A stretch of DNA of 64,000 nt from Amphiscolops sp. MND2022 (taxonomy: Eukaryota), in contig OZ076409.1 in NCBI GenBank assembly GCA_964187785.1, forward strand, positions 47,060,001-47,124,000, in the 5' to 3' direction. The translations under genes were made by a program, and so were the position numbers. Below the pieces are notes generated by a model that saw nothing but the letters and a program-made list of their open reading frames with translations, was not told the DNA's origin and ran no database searches. The stretch's first letter is position 1; each line of letters begins with the position of its first letter. Positions 37,357-48,996 of the stretch are shown here, in pieces.

Positions 37357-39718
37357 TGTTACGACTTATATCCTGGTCGTTTTGCGTTGAGCTTATCCTA
37401 ACTGATCTAGTAGGGGTGTAGAAACTCCTAGGTTCATTTTCCATTCCCTCTTCAACATTCTCTCTAATATTCTCTCTTGTTTCAGGTTTCAAGAGTTTCA
37501 TCATTTCCTTTTGGGATTCAATTAAGAGATTCTTAATCTCGGAGGTAATTTCCTGCTTCAGAGATGCTCTCAAACTTTCAAGAAGGCTATTTTCAATTCT
37601 GGGGGATTTTGGTTTTGAAGGCCCCGCGGTACTAACGTCTTGTTCTGGAAAACAAGGATCTTCTCCTACTACTGGTGAAACGAAACCATCTATTTTCCTG
37701 TTGGATGTTCTTTCTCGTCTGACTTCGAGTTGTAGACATTTCGATGAAGAAAAGATTTTTCTGATGATTTGAATTTCTTTTCAAAGTTTTCAACAAAGTT
37801 GAGTTAGAAACGAGGTTGAGACAAACAAGTTTAAAGCAACTGATTATCACAAGAGGCAAAAGACTGAGTCCCTTAATCAACAAGTTTCACCGTATTTATA
37901 CCCTTCCAGCATCATTTGATAACAACTATAATCCCTAATTTTCTTCGAACAATTAATCATTTCCAGTTTTATCGATGAAAAAATCACGAAGTTCCCAAAT
38001 TTGTGTCGATATTTCGTCAATTTTTGAGACACGGCAAATTTAATCTAGCATTAGTCATCAAACATGATCATATGATTTCATCCCGGCGTCCTTTTGCTTC
38101 CTCCCGAGCAGGAAGTAGATATTACTTCAGTTTGTCAAACCGGAAATAATTACCTGTTTTGCTGCTTCAGTTCGCGGGAAATTGACGCTGAGATGACGCT
38201 GACGTGAACAACAAATACCTGATTTTGAAATTCGGTTTGATCAAAATGCTATGACTAATTCCAAAGCAGGATTATTTAAACGATGCTAGGACGATATTTT
38301 ATGAATTTGGACTCATTCTTTTTGTTAGGAATAGAATTAACAAACATGGTATTGAGACAATACACCAATAACAAATTTAGCATGTCGCGACAAGTGCGAC
38401 AAATTCCATAAAAGTAACAGCAACATCTGTTTGATAGCAACGGCAACATAAAGGGTTTAATGGATAGCAACAATGAACTGGTATAGAAATATGATCACAA
38501 TCATAATTATAGAATAGCGTCTGGAATCATCGAGTACAAAAATGCAAAATATACCGAAATACATCTTCTGTACAAAATACACTTTAATTGAGGCTGTAAA
38601 CTGTGACTTCTTGATTATTCTACTATGAAATCTCGTAATAAAAGTGGCTTATGCAAGAAAACTCCCTTATTGTTAAGAATACATGACGGTTAATTGACGC
38701 GAATTTGAACTATCCTATACGCGTTGATTACGCCTTAAGTCAGATCTTTAAATTGTGGAAATATTAGCAATACGCTTGTTTTACAATTTGAAATAGCCTG
38801 CAATTATCTTTCCCTAGGAAATAACGGCCTTAGTGCGATGAAAAACCTTGACTGGTGTAGTGAATTCATTCATTTTGTCCGATTTCATAAATTTGTCAAC
38901 GTCATGTCGACGTGTTTTCTTTGCAGACTTTTGAGCTTCATAAACTTGTCAACGTCATGTTGACGAGTTTTCTTGGCAGAGTAGAGATTTTGACTATTTA
39001 GACGCAATGGTGGCGAGTATTTTAGAAATGAGTCTCTCGCTAGCTGCCGGAGCAGTGACGTCACAATGGCGGTAAATTGGAATGATTTCTAGTAATGTTA
39101 TTAGTATAGGCGGAATATTGGAATGATTTTCTGGTACGCATATGCGAGGCAGTGACGTCAATTGGTATACCTTCAAGTTTGTCTGCCTCTTACTGACGGC
39201 AAATATTCAAGCATTCTTATTTTCTCCGCTGCCTTGTTTACTCAGCGTAATATTGACGTCCTAAATCACACTAATTGTCATTCAAAGCGTAGTTAAACTG
39301 CCTTTCTAAGAAAAGGCTTAAATCCTTCGACGTGCCATCTCAATGTATTTTTCATTTTAGATCTGATTTATGTTCTTTCGGGAGATGACTTTGACTACGT
39401 CTTCATTTAGATTAGGCTATGGTTTCTTTATATCGAAGCGTGTTTCAATTTAGTTTTCAGGTGGCGAATGTTATTGACTTGACCTGACAAAAACGTCTCA
39501 ACCGGAAATGTGAGAATCATTTTGGCATATTCATTCTTTGTAGCTAGTTTCATTTGAAGATTCCGTTGATCAAACGTATTTTTGTTTTTTTTAGTCACAG
39601 TTTATTTGTTACTTTTAATAGTTAAAGTAAGCTTTTGCGAACCTCGCAGTGCAGCCGTGGCCTCTCCCGAAGCCAACTTTTAAACACCCACAACCCAGTC
39701 CGGGAGCGGACTGTGACA
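37357..39718 (-). mobile_element. Gypsy solo LTR (2362 bp) with decayed gag N-terminus
   Basis: TG...CA termini; TSD ACAAG (37352-56, 39719-23); TATA at 37893; MSTTRSQTRKN (37739) and a coiled-coil fragment running to the LTR end. Confidence 0.9.
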
Positions 39719-40039
39719 ACAAGCTGCTTGTTTGAAAACACTTCCGCTTAAATGATCATCCAAATGTACTTTATTCATCAAATTTCAGCTAGGTTTTCAT
39801 CCAAGCGATCAATGAAAATCAATTTTGCACATACAATACATTGATTAAAAAAACGTCGCCAGGGCGATTTTAAGCTCGATTTTCCCGAAATCTGTTGAGA
39901 ATTGTGAAAAACATCAGATATAAAAGTTTCTTAGAATTTCATCTAGTTTATATTAATGTTTTTAAAATTTTTAGGACAGAAAACGAAAAACAGCAAACAA
40001 ACAGCAGACTCCAAACAACCTACTGGGGATTCATACCAT

Positions 40040-40290
40040 TATAGCATACGGTAATATGCTGGACTGCTAATATACTTATGCGGCAGTATGCGGAATTACT
40101 ATGAACGCATATGCAGCAGTATACAAAACACAAATGTACTTATGCGGCAATATGCGGAATTACCGTGGACGCATCTGCTGCAGTATGCGGAAACACTATG
40201 AATGCATATGCGGCAACATACATGAATACTAATATACACATACGGCAGCATATGGAATTACTACGAATGTATATACAGCAACCTACGGGC
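40040..40290 (+). repeat. Degenerate minisatellite (~30-bp units, ATATGCGGCAGTATGCGGAATTACTATGAAC-like)
   Basis: Multiple imperfect copies visible. Confidence 0.75.
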
Positions 40291-41039
40291 CCGTGGATGT
40301 AATTACGCCACTTTACGCGGATTTTAGCACAAGCGAGTTTGCAGTAGAGCTTATGTGGAGAAAAGACAAATACATGACAACAGCTGGAATAAATTATACA
40401 GAGATCCATGTACAAGATGAGACGTAGTGAGCTAAATTATTGAGTGAATTCCTACCTAGTTGACCCTTCTATGGACATTCTGTTACACATATTAGCCATG
40501 AGAGATTGCGCACTTTTCAAGTGCGGGACATTAGCTCACATACCATAGTGTTTGCATGTAATTTAAACTTAGTAAAACATCAGAATAGTCATGTAAAATG
40601 CCTTTTTCCTTGATATAAATTCCACTGATGCTGTTGAATAAAGTTTCATGTATTAATTGATTTATTCATTTTTCGTGAATTCTTGAGTCTTGATAATTTT
40701 GTTTACGGTATTTTTAAATATCAGAGGGATAAGGATGTGGAGATCAAAAGGGAACTGCCGAAGAAAGATGAGGTGGAAGAACTCACGCTTATTTAGTTTA
40801 CTTATCATTATGGATGGAAATCCAAACCTAACACCTTATATATATGGTAAATGATGATCCCTTACACATATAAGGTTTCCGTTAAACCACGCGATCGTGA
40901 CACTCAATTTTTCCGTGGGGTTTTTACCGAAGTCTGAGGAAGTGAAAGAAAAACTCACCATACGGTCTTAATAATTTCATAAATCAGTCGCTTTGTAAAA
41001 ATCTTGATAAATCAAAACTCAAAATAACATCCCTGTAAA

Positions 41040-42095
41040 ATTGAAAATGGACATGCTTCAATTTGATACGACGAAGATTCCCTCTGCTCACCAATATCTC
41101 CGGACGTGGTAGACATCTCAAGCAACTCTGATGGTGCCTTTGCTGTGTCACCCAGGAACATTAGGCAACTAGACGACAAATTACGGATTAATACAACAGG
41201 TAGCAACCTCATGTCAGCCTTCGTGGGTTCAATGGTGGCCTCTTTGTAGCCGGATGCAGACACAAATGTGGAATAAAGTGAGCCCGCGGGGTCTCCAGAG
41301 GCCCAACTAGAAAAAGACTTGATGGAGCTATTAGGAGAACCACAAAACAACACGATGGATTCCCCAAACTCCTTCAGCGATAGTGCGTTCGAAGAGAGAA
41401 ACTTGTTCCCATGGACTGAGAACGAGATCTCGAATATGAGAGTGAATAATCAAGATCAAAAGGAGGCGGTGAACAACTACGGCCGTCCAGTTGCTAGAGT
41501 CCCGCCTACAACAAGAGCAAACCATAGCGATGAAGGAATTCTACCAAGACCAGTTCCAACATACCCGCCTAACTACAGACCCGAAGAGACAAACTTCCTG
41601 GCTTTTCAGCCCGACATACCCATGGAACACGAGGCCCAGAATGGTATAGCGTCACAACAGCAAGTTACCCAGAACACTGCACAGGGATTATCTCTATCCC
41701 CCATGCTCTACCCTATCCGCAGTGGAGAAGAGTCACGTGGGCTACAACAATTCCAAATGCAATCACTGACGCAGGTGGGTCTCCCTTTCAACATGACTCA
41801 CAGTTCCAACCTCCTCTTGATTCCAGCTCAACAAAGACAGAGCATCAGGCTTTTGCCCACAGTGATGCCCAATGTTGCACGGCATTGTGACATTTGTGGC
41901 AAATGCTACGATCAGATAGCACTAGAGACACTGGGCGAAAATCTTGTAGCTACCGAGTACGAAGGAGAAACAGTTAAGGAAAGGGCGATTAGATCTCGTG
42001 CATTTATCCATGGCTTCGAAGCGGCGTTGTTCCTTTTCAAAAATGCGGGACTGTCGCATCCCTCGAGATGCGATGGTTCCGTAGCGCAATTGTGA
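41040..42095 (+). pseudogene. ORF3-type gene (258-aa open part 41319-42095; upstream part has stops), ends inside LTR
   Basis: Acidic/proline-rich with CDICGKC; the terminal LSHPSRCDGSVAQL* lies in the LTR; TATATA run at ~40837. Confidence 0.65.
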
Positions 42096-43587
42096 GAAAG
42101 GAACGCCTTAAGAGTTTCTGCAAAGAAACATTTTAAACTCCACTAAAACTCATTAGGATGATATTTCTTTTGACTTGTCATGTAAATTGTATGTTTGTAT
42201 TGAAGTTCCTTTTATATTGTTTTCCTAGGTTCTCTTAAAGCTGCTTGACTCATCTAGATTTCATTCATAAACGTAACATATGCAGAAAGACTTCATAGGT
42301 ATGATCAATCTGAGATTTTTTGATTTCTCGTTATTCGTAATCATGCTACAATTAGGACAACGAATAAGCGTCAATGAGCGTTTTCAAATACCAAAAAAAC
42401 GTCATTATACACAAAATGGCCTTGCGAGTATACGCCATTATACGTAAAACAGTTTCCGAGCATGCGTCATTATACGTTTTTTGAATATGCAGTAATATAC
42501 GTTTTGAAATGATCAGAATATACGGCAACATACCTTTTGTCATTTTTAATATACGCTGCCATGCATTTCTTGCAGTAACGAATATGAGTCAACATACGCT
42601 TTGCGAGATAAAGCCACAAGCTACTATACGGATTGAATCATGATGTATATACATTACGATTCTTGTGTGTAACGGCTGCTTGCCCTTATCCTGCGCTGAG
42701 GCTTGACAAGCTTTACGCCGCCCTGATCCGTTGCTTAGTACTGTGGACCGTTACTAAACAAATCCTGGTTTTCTTGTTTTAAAGGACTGTATCTTTTGGC
42801 TGGCGGGTCCGATGTGACCCGTGGAATCTCCTGCGATTCCTCTTTGCACTGATTTGGATCCGATGTGATCCTGCACACACACACTTCCCTCACTGTATCT
42901 TCACGCGCTCCGGCTCTCCAACTATGAGAGTAGCTACTTAGTCGCTCTGACTCTAGCGAAAAGTTGTGAAGATTGAGAAGTTGATTTATTAGTCTCGCGG
43001 TCCTGAGACCCAACTTGACTATAGCTATACAGTGGAGAAAATCTCTATCTAATAATGGTATACATATGGTTTACAATTCTACAGTAAATACAGAGCAAAT
43101 ATAAGTTGAAATATGTTGTATAAATAAATGACATTTAAGTGAATTATTAAAGTTATTAGCTATGTAAACAAACCATAGTGTGGGTATAGCATGTTGGTTA
43201 GGTGGGCTCTAAAGCATGTTTACACAATGTAAATATCAATCATTGCAACAGAGTTACATTCTAATGTGGTCGTAAGGATAAATAGCAATGTTTACATTTT
43301 TGTCTCAATGACCTTGAGTACTACACATGTGAGGGGTAAAGGGGGTTATAATGGGTGGATGACCTTGAAACTTGGCCGGTGTGTTTGTGTTAGGTACTTG
43401 CGTATGTGTGCCAAGTTTCATGGCTCTATGATTAATAGTCTTGGAGAAAACACATTTGGGGGGGGGGTTTAAAGATTTGTGATGATTGGATTTTCTTCAA
43501 ATTTTCATCTAAGTTTTTAAGAGTTTAAGTCTTGTTTCTCAACCAGCATGTTCCAAATCGACTTTCTCTGCTTTCTGATGACTGGCG

Positions 43588-43800
43588 CTAACATTGCCCG
43601 TCCCTTTTTTTCTCCTGAAAAACACTTTCGTAGAACATGGGTGCCAGTTTCACTACTGGTCTTTTGAGTTTTCCATCTTCCGTTTTCACCAGCGCTGACC
43701 TCACTCGCCCATCGCTTCCATGATAGACTTCCAACACTCTGCTGGTCTTGTAGTGTGCTCTTTTCACATTGTCATCTACTATCCAAACCAAATCATTGAC
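43588..43800 (-). pseudogene. BEL/Pao integrase C-terminal (DUF5641-like) remnant
   Basis: VNDLVWIVDDN..R..Y...RVLEVYHGSDGRVRSALVKT..G.LKRPVVKLAP, in frame after the stop of the 815-aa ORF. Confidence 0.85.
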
Positions 43801-46248
43801 TTACAGTTGTCTAACTTCTTCTTTAATCCATTTTCCAAAAAGTTGCATCATCATTTCTTCCCATGATACAGCCGGCCCTATGAAAGGCCCATTTTCCGAA
43901 CTTGTTGTAGTTTGTGCTTTTGAAGAACCCAATTGCGTTTCCATTAGCGATATTTCGTCTGCAAATTTATCTATCACAATCTTTGCATATAGGATGCCAG
44001 TTGTCAATTGAACACATTCGACCATTCCATGTAATAGGTTTGAGGTGTGTTCAAACTTCCGAGCTTGTTTCTTCGGTCGCTTGCGGTGGCCTTTGCTCAA
44101 TTGAGTTTTATCCATGCCGTTAGCCTGTGCCACCGCGTCCATCCCAGAGTTTCCATTACCAATCCGCGGGTTCCACTCATTGTTATTACTCGGGATAGTT
44201 TCTTCTACAAGGCTTACTTTGAAGTCAAAATCAAATTTCTTTCCAAAGGTTGCAATCATTGTACGTGTTTCACCTTTGGCATTGCATTCAACGGGTTCGT
44301 CATGTTTTGCTGCAACATGGCATAGCTTTCGATACATTGCTTCTTCACTACAATCATCAAGCAGTGCAAATTGTTGCTCATGCACAAATCCATTACTTTT
44401 GTCGAATTCAAAACATTTGTTTCCTTCTTCAAGAAGTAGAGTACTGTCATGAAACATCGTCACTTCGAATATTTTCCCTTGTTTTATGTCCTGATGTACG
44501 GTGAAAATTTCTGCACTCTCTTGCAGCAGTTCATGTTGGACACTCGATTCTCCCAAAGTTTGCTTGCTAGATGCGAATGATAAGAATCTATGCTCCTTCC
44601 TTGTTTCCGTCATTGTGTGATTCAAGTTCTCCTTTGTTTGACTTATCGAATGCTCACTCATGCCTAAGTGAATCTCTTCTTCCAAAACCTGTTTGGTATC
44701 CACGAGGAGGGTTTCTGAACGGACGTCTTGCCGACCGTTGTCTACAATGAATGTTTCTGACCAGTTCTGTATGCATTCCGCTGTGAGGAACTTCGAGGTT
44801 CCTTTGTTTGCAACATTCACGTCTGGTTGTGTTGTTGCTCCTTGTCTGCATGTTCCGTTATCAGCATTGGTTCTGTCTTTCCGATCAGCTTGCTCATCGG
44901 CTTCTGTGGGAGGTTTTGAGTCTCTCCTATGCGCGGAGAACTTTCCTTTGTGAACTAATTTCACTGCATTCTCTGATTTCAAATGAACTGATAGTGCAAT
45001 ATTGGACTTAGCTCCGTCTTGGACTGTTTCTGTCTCAGCCATGCATCTTATGCATCTTGAGTCTTCCGTGAAACTGTCGACTGATGAGACACTTGGGAAG
45101 CTAGTCCCCTGACTGCTCGACACTTCCGCTATTTCTCTTTCCTTTTCAGCTATTCTGGCTTTGCGGGCAAGCTGTTCATGCAAGTCAGCTATTTCCATTT
45201 GTATTGCTTCACGCTTCAGTTTCTCGAGTCGGGTTTGCAGTTCTTCTTGCTCTTTTTGAGCTTTTACTTTCAAATGAAGAACTCGTCTAGCAATTGAACT
45301 TTTCAAAATCACTGAGCTTCTGTTGCTTCTGGTTTCAACCAGTTTTGGATGTTTGCCCAGTTCCTCTATTTCCAATTGTCCAGTCTCGCTTCTTTGGCCT
45401 TGGACTTCATCCGATTTCTGATCATCCGCTTTCTCTAATGCTAGAGGAAACAGTCGATCTCCATTAGACCACTTCGTGCTAACTGTTGGTCTGTTGTCCA
45501 TCAGGATTGTTACGTCAGACACCTTACCGTTTTCTTCGGGTAGTGATGTCACATCGTTGACTGAGTTTTCCAATTCTGATATGCTGTCTCTCATAACACA
45601 GCAACTTTCTTGGTAATTGGTCCTTCTTGACCGTTTCAGTGATTCCTTTTTACTAGCTGTTTTCTTTACACAATTAGGTTTTGCCTGATGGACACCACCT
45701 CTTTGCCTCAACTTTCCTGTGCGAAGGCATCTCATAGCTGCGTCTGCAGATGTTCCATTTGTCATCTGACTCAGTTTCAACTCTTTTGTCCCATCAATTG
45801 GACACTTCAACATTTGCTGCACATCGGGGAACCAATATCCCCAACTCGATTCCAGTTTCGCAAAGCATTCGTCCCATTCAGTCACACTTCGACTGAGCTG
45901 TCTTTGCGTTTCTTCATTTGTAAGACTCAACATAAAGTCTACACAGAACAGCAATGCCTGTCTTCTCTCGCGGTATTCAATTACCCGATCAATCAATTTG
46001 CTTTTGGATACAACAGCTCCTTCCTCATCGAGCTTGTCATCCAAGTCTTTTACCAATGTATGGAGCTTTTTCACATGTAGGGGTACAATATCCCAATAGA
46101 GGCACCACGCGTACCAATCTGACGCATTTTCCAACTCTTTCGGTCTGAGCTCCATCAGTTGTTGGCTCTGCTTTGTGTTTCTTCCTTCAAACACATTTGT
46201 CATTCGAGGGTGCTGCATCACTTGCCTTTCTTTCTTTTTGGCTTTCAT
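43801..46248 (-). CDS. 815-aa ORF of non-autonomous BEL element (Gag-like coiled-coil, remainder unknown)
   Basis: Intact ORF; RSNRSS..ARR followed by a coiled-coil resembles BEL Gag N-termini. No PR, RT or RH motifs seen. Confidence 0.7.
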   Translation of the reverse strand: MKAKKKERQVMQHPRMTNVFEGRNTKQSQQLMELRPKELENASDWYAWCLYWDIVPLHVKKLHTLVKDLDDKLDEEGAVVSKSKLIDRVIEYRERRQALLFCVDFMLSLTNEETQRQLSRSVTEWDECFAKLESSWGYWFPDVQQMLKCPIDGTKELKLSQMTNGTSADAAMRCLRTGKLRQRGGVHQAKPNCVKKTASKKESLKRSRRTNYQESCCVMRDSISELENSVNDVTSLPEENGKVSDVTILMDNRPTVSTKWSNGDRLFPLALEKADDQKSDEVQGQRSETGQLEIEELGKHPKLVETRSNRSSVILKSSIARRVLHLKVKAQKEQEELQTRLEKLKREAIQMEIADLHEQLARKARIAEKEREIAEVSSSQGTSFPSVSSVDSFTEDSRCIRCMAETETVQDGAKSNIALSVHLKSENAVKLVHKGKFSAHRRDSKPPTEADEQADRKDRTNADNGTCRQGATTQPDVNVANKGTSKFLTAECIQNWSETFIVDNGRQDVRSETLLVDTKQVLEEEIHLGMSEHSISQTKENLNHTMTETRKEHRFLSFASSKQTLGESSVQHELLQESAEIFTVHQDIKQGKIFEVTMFHDSTLLLEEGNKCFEFDKSNGFVHEQQFALLDDCSEEAMYRKLCHVAAKHDEPVECNAKGETRTMIATFGKKFDFDFKVSLVEETIPSNNNEWNPRIGNGNSGMDAVAQANGMDKTQLSKGHRKRPKKQARKFEHTSNLLHGMVECVQLTTGILYAKIVIDKFADEISLMETQLGSSKAQTTTSSENGPFIGPAVSWEEMMMQLFGKWIKEEVRQL

Positions 46249-46620
46249 TTGTTCATATGACTCTTTTGTTTCACTGAGGGCTTTCGAACTTCACAATTGT
46301 TTCTTGTAGGCTTTGTCACTTTTCCCAACTCTGCAATTTCTCAGATACAAAGTGTCAACTGCTCAATCCGGTAATCAATCGCCAATTCTTGAAGAATCAA
46401 CCCAATACTGTCGATTATACTTGCCTTCTTTGACGAACTTGATTGTTTCGGTGGATCTTGTCTCTCTGACTTGATCCCTTGGCTTTACTTGGTGGATTTA
46501 CTTGCAATGACGTCTTAGACCAGATCTTTGCTTCAATCAGGAATACGTTCCCAAAGAATACAATTCGTCTCAAAACTAGAGTTGATGCACAAATACCTCC
46601 AGAGTGCCGCTTAAGCCCAA

Positions 46621-46802
46621 CTCCCAGAGTACACAATACTCCCAACTCCCAGAGTCACAGTAGCCCAATCCCCAGAGACACAGTAACCCAATCTCCCAGA
46701 CACACAGTAGCCTAATCTCCCAGAGTCACAGTAGCACAATCTCCCAGAGTCACAATAGCCCAATCTCCCAGAGTCACAATAGCCCAATCTCCCAGAGACA
46801 CG
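46621..46802 (+). repeat. 24-bp tandem repeat, ~7.5 copies (CTCCCAGAGTCACAGTAGCCCAAT)
   Basis: Head-to-tail units with no spacers, in the BEL 5' leader. Confidence 0.9.
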
Positions 46803-48313
46803 AAATCAGAGACTCCAAGATCCAGTTTTTGGGCAATCTTCTGTTGTCTACCAACGAGTCGTCTTCTTCCTCGTCCGGGTCGTCCACCAACGGGTTGTCC
46901 GGGTCGGCGGACCAAATGCAACGGCTGCTTGCCCTTATCCTGCGCTGAGGCTTGACAAGCTTTACGCCGCCCTGATCCGTTGCTTAGTACTGTGGACCGT
47001 TACTAAACAAATCCTGGTTTTCTTGTTTTAAAGGACTGTATCTTTTGGCTGGCGGGTCCGATGTGACCCGTGGAATCTCCTGCGATTCCTCTTTGCACTG
47101 ATTTGGATCCGATGTGATCCTGCACACACACACTTCCCTCACTGTATCTTCACGCGCTCCGGCTCTCCAACTATGAGAGTAGCTACTTAGTCGCTCTGAC
47201 TCTAGCGAAAAGTTGTGAAGATTGAGAAGTTGATTTATTAGTCTCGCGGTCCTGAGACCCAACTTGACTATAGCTATACAGTGGAGAAAATCTCTATCTA
47301 ATAATGGTATACATATGGTTTACAATTCTACAGTAAATATAGAGCAAATACAAGTTGAAATATGTTGTATAAATAAATGACATTTAAGTGAATTATTAAA
47401 GTTATTAGCTATGTAAACAAACCATAGTGTGGGTATAGCATGTTGGTTAGGTGGGCTCTAAAGCATTTTTACACAATGTAAATATCAATCATTGCAACAG
47501 AGTTACATTCAATGTGGTCGTAAGGATAAATAGCAATGTTTACATTTTTGTCTCAATGACCTTGAATACTACACATGTGAGGGGTAAAGGGGGTTATAAT
47601 GGGTGGATGACCTTGAAACTTGGCCGGTGTGTTTGTGTTAGGTACTTGCGTATGTGTGCCAAGTTTCATGGCTCTATGATTAATAGTCTTGGAGAAAACC
47701 CATTTGGGGGGGGGGGGTTTTAAAGATTTGTGATGATTGGATTTTCTTCAAATTTTCATCTAAGTTTTTAAGAGTTTAAGTCTTGTTTCTCAACCAGCAT
47801 GTTCCAAATCGACTTTCTTTGCCTGCTGATGACTGGCGCCAACATTGTGTGTACATAATGTTCACGTGCATTATACGCCAACCTGCGGTAAAAGATTTTT
47901 CTCATAAGAATGCGATAAGAGAGTGACATGTAGTGTTATAATGTTCCTGTGCATTTGTATGTTATTTTCCAATACTTTTCCAAGGTCCCTGGACCACTCA
48001 CTTATATTTGTGATTTTATGGAGGTGCTATAAAAAGAATGATGCAAAGGTGACGTTTTTCTATTTTTAAAATCTCCAGGTTTTTGATGATGTTTGTAAAA
48101 GTGACTGTCATGTTTTCTATAATTTGAGATAAGGATCAGGAAAGCGGGACACAAACAAAACTAGCCTCCATCACGAGCAGTTGGTACCTTCTCCTAGTCG
48201 TTCCTGTAAACTATTTCTTAAACGTTCACTGTTCTTCTCAGTTTCTGTTTTCCATTTGAAAACATAATTCAAATTCTTCCCCAACAAGTATAACCTGTTT
48301 TCCACTGAGCGAT

Positions 48314-48961
48314 ATGGGAAATAAGAGGAACCGAAGGTCGAGGAGATTAGCAACTCCAACTCCCGACAAAAAAGTTAGAGAAACAAGAACTGATTCTTCA
48401 GAATCAGGTAATATAATTTTAACTAATTCTAACCTAAATGTTCAACAAAGTTTAGGTGAACCTAACTTAGAGAACCAACTAAGAGAACCCAGCCAAATTA
48501 GCGACGAAATACAAGTTTGGACACAGATTGTTGAACGGAAATATACTGAAAGAATAGAAAAAATGAGAGAAGAGATGGACAATAAGCTAGAAGCAATTCT
48601 GAAGGAAATAAAATACAACAAGAGTGCGTCAACAGTAACAAACCCAAGATCAGAAGTAAATGAAATTCAAGAACCACAACCTTCGGGATCCAGGACAGAC
48701 CCGTCTATAGGAGTTCGCGCATCTAATAACGAAAACTCAGTTTCTGGAAACGACAATTATCCTCTTAGGGCTTCAAAAATGAAGGACATAAAGCATCCTG
48801 CTAAACCGTTATTCAGGAGCGAATCGGATGTAGATGTAACTATACATTCAGATGAAGAGTCTGACATAGAAGAGGATTATCACAGTAAGATCCTAATAAG
48901 AATCTTGCCATCGGATCCATGGTCACCAAATTGTAGTAAGAATTTGGCAAGATCTTGCTAA
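48314..48961 (+). CDS. LTR-encoded Gag N-terminus reading into flank
   Basis: MGNKRNRRSRR...EEDYH is homologous to 11522-10954; LTR ends at 48884. Confidence 0.65.
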   Translation: MGNKRNRRSRRLATPTPDKKVRETRTDSSESGNIILTNSNLNVQQSLGEPNLENQLREPSQISDEIQVWTQIVERKYTERIEKMREEMDNKLEAILKEIKYNKSASTVTNPRSEVNEIQEPQPSGSRTDPSIGVRASNNENSVSGNDNYPLRASKMKDIKHPAKPLFRSESDVDVTIHSDEESDIEEDYHSKILIRILPSDPWSPNCSKNLARSC

Positions 48962-48996
48962 GACAGCCAAGATGCTAGTAAGAGGGTCAACCCGGG
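48885..48996 (+). repeat. MITE-like repeat end (CTTGGCAAGATCTTG-rich, ends GGGTCAACCCGGG)
   Basis: Inverted homology to ~53115-53200; similar terminus GGGTTGACCCGGG at ~53633-53645. Confidence 0.5.

Larger units (their letters stand above)
42668..47844 (-). mobile_element. Non-autonomous BEL/Pao LTR element (5177 bp)
   Basis: LTRs 42668-43593 and 46917-47844, nearly identical; TSD TTGTG (42663-67, 47845-49); PBS TGGTCCGCCGACCCGG; PPT GGAGAAAAAAAGGGACGGG; BEL C-terminal motif; no RT. Confidence 0.93.
40000..48884 (+). mobile_element. 5'-truncated Gypsy remnant: internal 3' region + ORF3 + 3' LTR (42052-48884, split by BEL insertion)
   Basis: LTR starts TGTCGCATCC at 42052 after AAAATGCGGGAC and ends TATCACA at 48884. 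It is homologous to solo LTR 10954-12620 on both sides of the insertion. Left boundary approximate. Confidence 0.75.

Noticed and set aside
46621..46802. 24-bp repeats as a CRISPR array
   Set aside because: Units are head-to-tail with no unique spacers, there are no cas genes, and the context is a eukaryotic retroelement.
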